Shown here piece by piece: positions 59,524 to 64,000 of a DNA stretch of 64,000 nucleotides. Under the pieces are notes generated by a model that saw only the letters and a list, made by a program, of their open reading frames with translations, was not told where the DNA came from and ran no database searches. How positions within the stretch are numbered: the stretch's first letter is position 1; every line of letters starts with the position of its first letter. The translations under genes were made by a program, and so were the position numbers. The DNA is taken from assembly GCA_044223005.1 (NCBI GenBank), contig JBGAML010000020.1, positions 1-64,000 of the forward strand. The letters are read 5' to 3'. Source of the DNA: Candidatus Eiseniibacteriota bacterium. Lineage in GTDB: Bacteria > Eisenbacteria > RBG-16-71-46.

Positions 59524-62265
59524 TCATTTGGAGGCACTCAGCGTGAGCCCCACCTCGATGCGGCGCGGGGCATAGTAGCGGGTCGGATCGAGGAGCCGGC
59601 CGAGATCCTTGCCGGGGAACCGCGAGTAGTACGGATCGCCGGAGGAGTCGAACACGAAGTCGTTCTGGAACCGCGTGTCGAAGAGGTTGAAGACGCGCAC
59701 GAACGCGCGGCCGCTGGAACCGAAGCGCGGGAGCACGTGGTCCGCGCGCAGGTCGACGAGCGTGGAGACCGGCTTGCGTCCCGAGTTCTTCTCGAGGCCG
59801 CCGCTGAAACCCGTCGTGATCGTCGGCGTGTACGGCTGGCCGCTCGCGATGCGGAACGTCGCGTTCACGTTGAACTGGTCCGGCTTCGCCACGCTGAGCG
59901 AATAATTGAGCGTGTGCTTCTGGTCCCAGTTGAACGGGATCGAGCGCGGGCGAGCGTCCTCACCGGCCGCGGCGCGCGTCGCCGTCTCCTGCGGGTCGCT
60001 CGAGTTGCCCATCGCGGACTGCCACGTGTAGTCGAGCTTGGAGCCGATCATGCCCTTGGCCCGCTGCGTGATCGTCACCGTGAAGCCCACGACGCTGCCG
60101 AAGTCGACGTTCGCGAGCCGGGCGTACTGCGCACCGTTGTAGGTTTCGAGGATCTCGGTGCCGAGCAGGTCGCGCACGTCCTTGTAGTACGTCGTCACGT
60201 CGAGGCCGAGGTAGTCCGTCACGGCATGCTTGTAGCCGAACTGGTACTGGACCGTCTTCTCGGGCCGGATGTTCGGGTTGCCCATCACCGGCACGCTGGT
60301 GTCGGTCGCCTGCAGGTCCTTGAGCCGGTCGTAGTCCGAGTCCTTGAAGATCTGGCCCAGACCCGGCAGCTGGTAGAAGTGGCCGTACGCGAAGAACAGC
60401 GAGGCGTGCTCCGAGATCGGATACGAAACGCCCAGGCGCGGCGCGAACGTCACCTTGGGATCGGCCATCACCGGATGCGAGAGCGGCACGCCCGCGATCG
60501 AGTTCGCGGGGTTCGCGAGATCGCTCGGGTACGTGGAGCGGGCGCTGAAGTACTCCATGCGAACGCCGCCGCGCAGCGTGAGGTCGTTCCACTCGACTTC
60601 TTCCTGGGCGAACGCGGCACCGATCAGCGGCACGTACTCGAGCACGCCCGGGAACTTGGGATCGTAGGTGGTGCGGCGCTGGATCACCTGCGCGCCGCCG
60701 CTCGTTTCCGAGGAATTGAAGATCACGTAGCCCGGCGAGCCGAACTGGATGTGCGGCCACTGGAACTCGCCGCCCACCTTCAGCTGGTGATCCTTCGCGA
60801 CCTGGTCGACGAACGACGCCTTCAGGACGACGCCGTTGGTGTTCTGCTTGAACCGGTCGAGATCGACACCCTGCGTGGTCGCGGTGATGCCGTAGTCGAA
60901 GTCGAACGACTGCGGCGCGCCCCATTCGTCGTAGCGCTTGTCCCACACGCTCTCGAACGCGTAGTCGGCGTAGTCCTTGTAGTTCTGGCGGACGCTCACG
61001 GAGTAGAACCGCGTCGGGGACAGCGTGTGCGTCAGGTCGAGGCCCTCGACGACCGACAGCGTGTGCTGCTTCTTGGTGCCGTCGGGCTCGAAGCGGTAGC
61101 CCCAGTTGACGGCCCGCGCCTCGATCTTGTCGAAGATCGCCTGCCAGCTCAGTTCGACGTTCGGGATCAACCGGTTCGTGACCTTGACGACGCCCGACCA
61201 CTCGTCGGACCAGCCGAGCGGCATGCCCTTGCCGTCGCCCGACGGGTACAGGATGTGGTTCGTCACGTCCGCCTTGTCCCACGGATTGAAGTACCGCGCG
61301 CCGCGCACCCAGTCGTCGTTCTTGTAGTGGCGCGCGCTCAGGAGATAGGTGGTCCGGGGAATCAGCGTGGGTCCGTTCATGGACGCCTGGAAGTTCTGCT
61401 GCGACGCGAGCCGGTTGTGACCGTCGATGATGCGCCGCGTGTTCACGCCCATCACGAGCGGGCCGCCCGCGTAGTACGGGGCCAGTCCTTCGACTCCCCA
61501 GTCCTGCGTGCCGTTCGAGTAGACCGGGCCGCCGGTGAAGACTTCGAGGTCCCAGCGGAACTTCTCGCCGCCGCGCTTCAGCACCGCGTTCACGACGCCG
61601 CTCATCGCCTGGCCGTACTCGGCGTCGAACGTGCCGCTGATGACCTGCACTTCCTCGAGCAGCGAGCGGTCCAGTCGCAGGGAGGCCTTGTTGTCGTACG
61701 CGTTGTTCACCGACACGCCGTCGACCTGGTACTGGACTTCGTCGTCACGCCCGCCGCGGAAGTGCCCGTCCACGACGCCGGCCTGGAGGTTCACGATGTC
61801 GGTGAGCTCCTGCACGGGGAGCGTCTGCAGCTGTTCCCGGGACACGGTCGCGATGTTGCTGGTGCGGTTCACCTCGACCACGGGCTTGCGCGCGCTGACC
61901 ACGACTTCCTGCATCTGGACGGCGCTCTCCGCGAGCTCGACGTCGAGGCGCGTGGTGTTGTCCGAGGTGATGTCGACGTTCTGCGTGAGGACCGGCCCGT
62001 ACCCGATCAGCGCCGCCTTCACGCTGATGCGGCCGGGCGGGATGTTCAAGATGGTGTAGCGACCTTCGGCATCGGTCGCGGCCCCGAGGGGCATGCCCAC
62101 GACGGCGATGTTCACGCCGGTGAGCGGCTGCTTCTTCTTGTCGGTGACCCGGCCCGAGAGCTTGCCGGTCGTGCCGGCGAGGACCGTGCCGGCGAAACAA
62201 CCGGCGATCAGCAGCGCCGTGCCCAGAGTGCGGACCACCCACCGTCCCATGTTCCGGCGATCCAT
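59524..62265 (-). CDS. TonB-dependent receptor with N-terminal carboxypeptidase-regulatory-like domain
   Basis: AGTTGKLSGRVTD, FRGGR...YQVDG, TFDAEYGQAMSGVVN, GNPNIRPEKT and PRRIEVGL motifs. Confidence 0.9.
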   Translation of the reverse strand: MDRRNMGRWVVRTLGTALLIAGCFAGTVLAGTTGKLSGRVTDKKKQPLTGVNIAVVGMPLGAATDAEGRYTILNIPPGRISVKAALIGYGPVLTQNVDITSDNTTRLDVELAESAVQMQEVVVSARKPVVEVNRTSNIATVSREQLQTLPVQELTDIVNLQAGVVDGHFRGGRDDEVQYQVDGVSVNNAYDNKASLRLDRSLLEEVQVISGTFDAEYGQAMSGVVNAVLKRGGEKFRWDLEVFTGGPVYSNGTQDWGVEGLAPYYAGGPLVMGVNTRRIIDGHNRLASQQNFQASMNGPTLIPRTTYLLSARHYKNDDWVRGARYFNPWDKADVTNHILYPSGDGKGMPLGWSDEWSGVVKVTNRLIPNVELSWQAIFDKIEARAVNWGYRFEPDGTKKQHTLSVVEGLDLTHTLSPTRFYSVSVRQNYKDYADYAFESVWDKRYDEWGAPQSFDFDYGITATTQGVDLDRFKQNTNGVVLKASFVDQVAKDHQLKVGGEFQWPHIQFGSPGYVIFNSSETSGGAQVIQRRTTYDPKFPGVLEYVPLIGAAFAQEEVEWNDLTLRGGVRMEYFSARSTYPSDLANPANSIAGVPLSHPVMADPKVTFAPRLGVSYPISEHASLFFAYGHFYQLPGLGQIFKDSDYDRLKDLQATDTSVPVMGNPNIRPEKTVQYQFGYKHAVTDYLGLDVTTYYKDVRDLLGTEILETYNGAQYARLANVDFGSVVGFTVTITQRAKGMIGSKLDYTWQSAMGNSSDPQETATRAAAGEDARPRSIPFNWDQKHTLNYSLSVAKPDQFNVNATFRIASGQPYTPTITTGFSGGLEKNSGRKPVSTLVDLRADHVLPRFGSSGRAFVRVFNLFDTRFQNDFVFDSSGDPYYSRFPGKDLGRLLDPTRYYAPRRIEVGLTLSASK

Positions 62266-62316
62266 GACGGAATGCCCCTCTATCGTTGCTTTCGAGTGAC
62301 CGGGAGCGGTGGCAGG

Positions 62317-62350
62317 CCGGACGGGGCGGGCGCGAGCCCGCCCCGTCCGG
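62317..62350. other. Intergenic stem-loop (partial terminator or mRNA-stabilising hairpin)
   Basis: 15-bp stem ccggacggggcgggc-gcga-gcccgccccgtccgg; no U-tract on the minus strand. Confidence 0.55.
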
Positions 62351-62365
62351 GGCACCGCCTCGGGA

Positions 62366-64000
62366 TTACTCCATGACCAGCATCTTGCCCGACAGCGTTC
62401 CCTTCGACGCGCCGGTATTGGGATCCGACACGCTCACGCGATAGAGGTACACGCCCGCGTGGCCGGCGAACGGCGCCACGTGCACGCGCGCCTCACCCGC
62501 CGCCTGCACGCCGTACGCGTGCGAGTGCACGAGACGGCCCTGCAGGTCGAAGACGTCGAGCGACACGTTGCTGGCCTGCGGCAGCCGGAACGAGACCGAC
62601 GTCGTCCCACGGAACGGGTTCGGGAAGTTGCCCAGCAGTTCGAGCGCGACCGGCGTCGGCGGCGCGACATCCAGCGTGCCGTTCGGCACCAGCGTGTTGG
62701 CGTCGAGCGCGGCGACGCACGGACCATCCTCGTTCTCGTACTGGCGGAAGAACCAGGAGCGCGTGCCGTAGCTGTCCGTGAACGGGATGTAGGAATCGCC
62801 GTCGCACAGGTCGAGCGCCCAGTAGAACGCGCGATCGCCGAGGCTCGCGTTGTAGCCGAGCGAAAGGAGGTCGACCTCGAACTCCGCCTGCCAGCCCGAA
62901 TCGATGTCCACGCCCAGCGTGTCGACGGTCGTGCCCGGCTTGAGCGCCAGCGCGGCCTTGACCTGGCCGTTGGCGATCATGTTCGGGAGCGAATCCGAAG
63001 CGACCAGCTGGCCGGTGGGCCCGACCTGGAAGCTCATGCGGTAGCTGAGCAGCGACTTGTCGTTGCCCGCCTTCGAGTGGTCGTTGATCGACAGGATGCC
63101 GCCGTCCCAGCGGTCGAACGTCGGGTGGTACTGCACCACGGCGTCGGTCGCATCGATGCCGATGTAGAGCTTGGTGCCCTTGTAGAAGTACTTCACGGTC
63201 GCGTCGAGCGGATCCTGCACGAACGCGGTGCCGTTGTTCACGCTCGGCTGGAACTCGCCCGAGCGGTACGGACCGGAGCCCGGGTAACCCGCACGGACGG
63301 ACGGGTTGCCGTACTCGATCTTGAAGCTCGGCGCGTTCGCCCACACCGACTCGTTCAGGTTGCCGTCGATCGTCGGGTACGCGAACTTGACGCCGTTCGG
63401 GATGATCATGTCGGCGGCCATCGCCGGCGTCGCGCCGGAAGCCACCGTCACGTCCGGACGGCCGAGCACCTTCAGGTTGTGGTACCAGCCCGCGTTGCCC
63501 CACGGACCCTGGATCCACGTGCGGTTGCTCGCGTAGCGGAAGTAGTTGCTGAGCGGCCACACCCAGTCGGTGTCGTAGATCGACATGTTCCACTCGACCA
63601 CGTCACCGGCCAGCTGCGTCACGTCGTAGCCCGTCGCGGAAAGGCCGAAGCGCATCTCGACCGTGTAGCCCTGGTCGGCGGCCGCGTCGTCGTTCACGTT
63701 GCCGTTCACCGTGTAGGCCACGTCCCACGCCTGCAGCTGCGTCGGCGTGTAGGTCGTGTCGCGCGCGGGCCAGTTCCGGAAGATGCCCATCTGGCTCATC
63801 TTGTTGAGCACGGGGTCGCCGGGGTTGTAGTTGCTCTCGACCGGCCACCACCACGACGTGAAGTGCTCGCCGGCGGGCGCCGGACGCGTGGCGAGCTGGT
63901 GCTGCTTCACCGACATGAGCAGGCCGTCCATCGTGTTGAACGCGGACGAACCGCCGATCGAGCTGTCACGCACCGTGACGCCGACCCAGAGGTTGTTGCC
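62366..64000 (-). CDS. Secreted CBM9/DOMON-like sugar-binding protein with T9SS-like C-terminal domain; 5' end outside the window
   Basis: Frame is open to 64000 (GNNLWVGVTVRD...). Two CBM9-like repeats (GYTVEMRF; PTIDGNLNESVW...GWQAEFEV). C-terminal NFPNPF...FDLQGRLV...GVYLYRV. Confidence 0.75.
   Translation of the reverse strand, partial: GNNLWVGVTVRDSSIGGSSAFNTMDGLLMSVKQHQLATRPAPAGEHFTSWWWPVESNYNPGDPVLNKMSQMGIFRNWPARDTTYTPTQLQAWDVAYTVNGNVNDDAAADQGYTVEMRFGLSATGYDVTQLAGDVVEWNMSIYDTDWVWPLSNYFRYASNRTWIQGPWGNAGWYHNLKVLGRPDVTVASGATPAMAADMIIPNGVKFAYPTIDGNLNESVWANAPSFKIEYGNPSVRAGYPGSGPYRSGEFQPSVNNGTAFVQDPLDATVKYFYKGTKLYIGIDATDAVVQYHPTFDRWDGGILSINDHSKAGNDKSLLSYRMSFQVGPTGQLVASDSLPNMIANGQVKAALALKPGTTVDTLGVDIDSGWQAEFEVDLLSLGYNASLGDRAFYWALDLCDGDSYIPFTDSYGTRSWFFRQYENEDGPCVAALDANTLVPNGTLDVAPPTPVALELLGNFPNPFRGTTSVSFRLPQASNVSLDVFDLQGRLVHSHAYGVQAAGEARVHVAPFAGHAGVYLYRVSVSDPNTGASKGTLSGKMLVME

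Overview
High-GC (about 70%) bacterial chromosomal window with no rRNA, tRNA, CRISPR array or mobile element that I can see. Several secreted proteins with FlgD-Ig/T9SS-like C-terminal domains, a PorV-family gene and short 'TWGxxKxxYR' tails suggest an FCB-associated candidate phylum such as Ca. Eisenbacteria; this is an inference. Contents, left to right: (1) a partial C39-peptidase ABC exporter, divergent from an ECF sigma / zinc-finger anti-sigma / lipoprotein TPR-CHAT protease triad; (2) secreted surface proteins and a PPIase-like protein; (3) a TPR gene with a sigma28-like promoter; (4) M20 peptidase, MATE, aldo/keto reductase and a PLP decarboxylase; (5) a TPR-sigma54 activator coupled to a small secreted pro-peptide gene on a low-GC patch; (6) YwiC-like, OPT, DUF4920 and MCP genes; (7) a sigma54-promoter 2-oxoacid oxidoreductase operon whose delta subunit is fused to a GltD/DsrL-like flavoprotein; (8) a second OPT, a UshA-like/tetraheme cytochrome fusion, CDF, S1-domain protein and an RND pump; (9) cysK-cysE preceded by an unannotated Cys-Cys-Cys leader peptide and hairpin, then msrA; (10) a SusD-less beta-1,2-glucan-type utilisation locus (CBM9-like, TonB receptor, large secreted protein, PorV, GH144, GH94). 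Best leads: the peptide/TPR-sigma54 pair, the TWG C-terminal tail, the cysteine attenuator and the ECF-CHAT triad. All calls come from motif recognition by eye; no searches were run.
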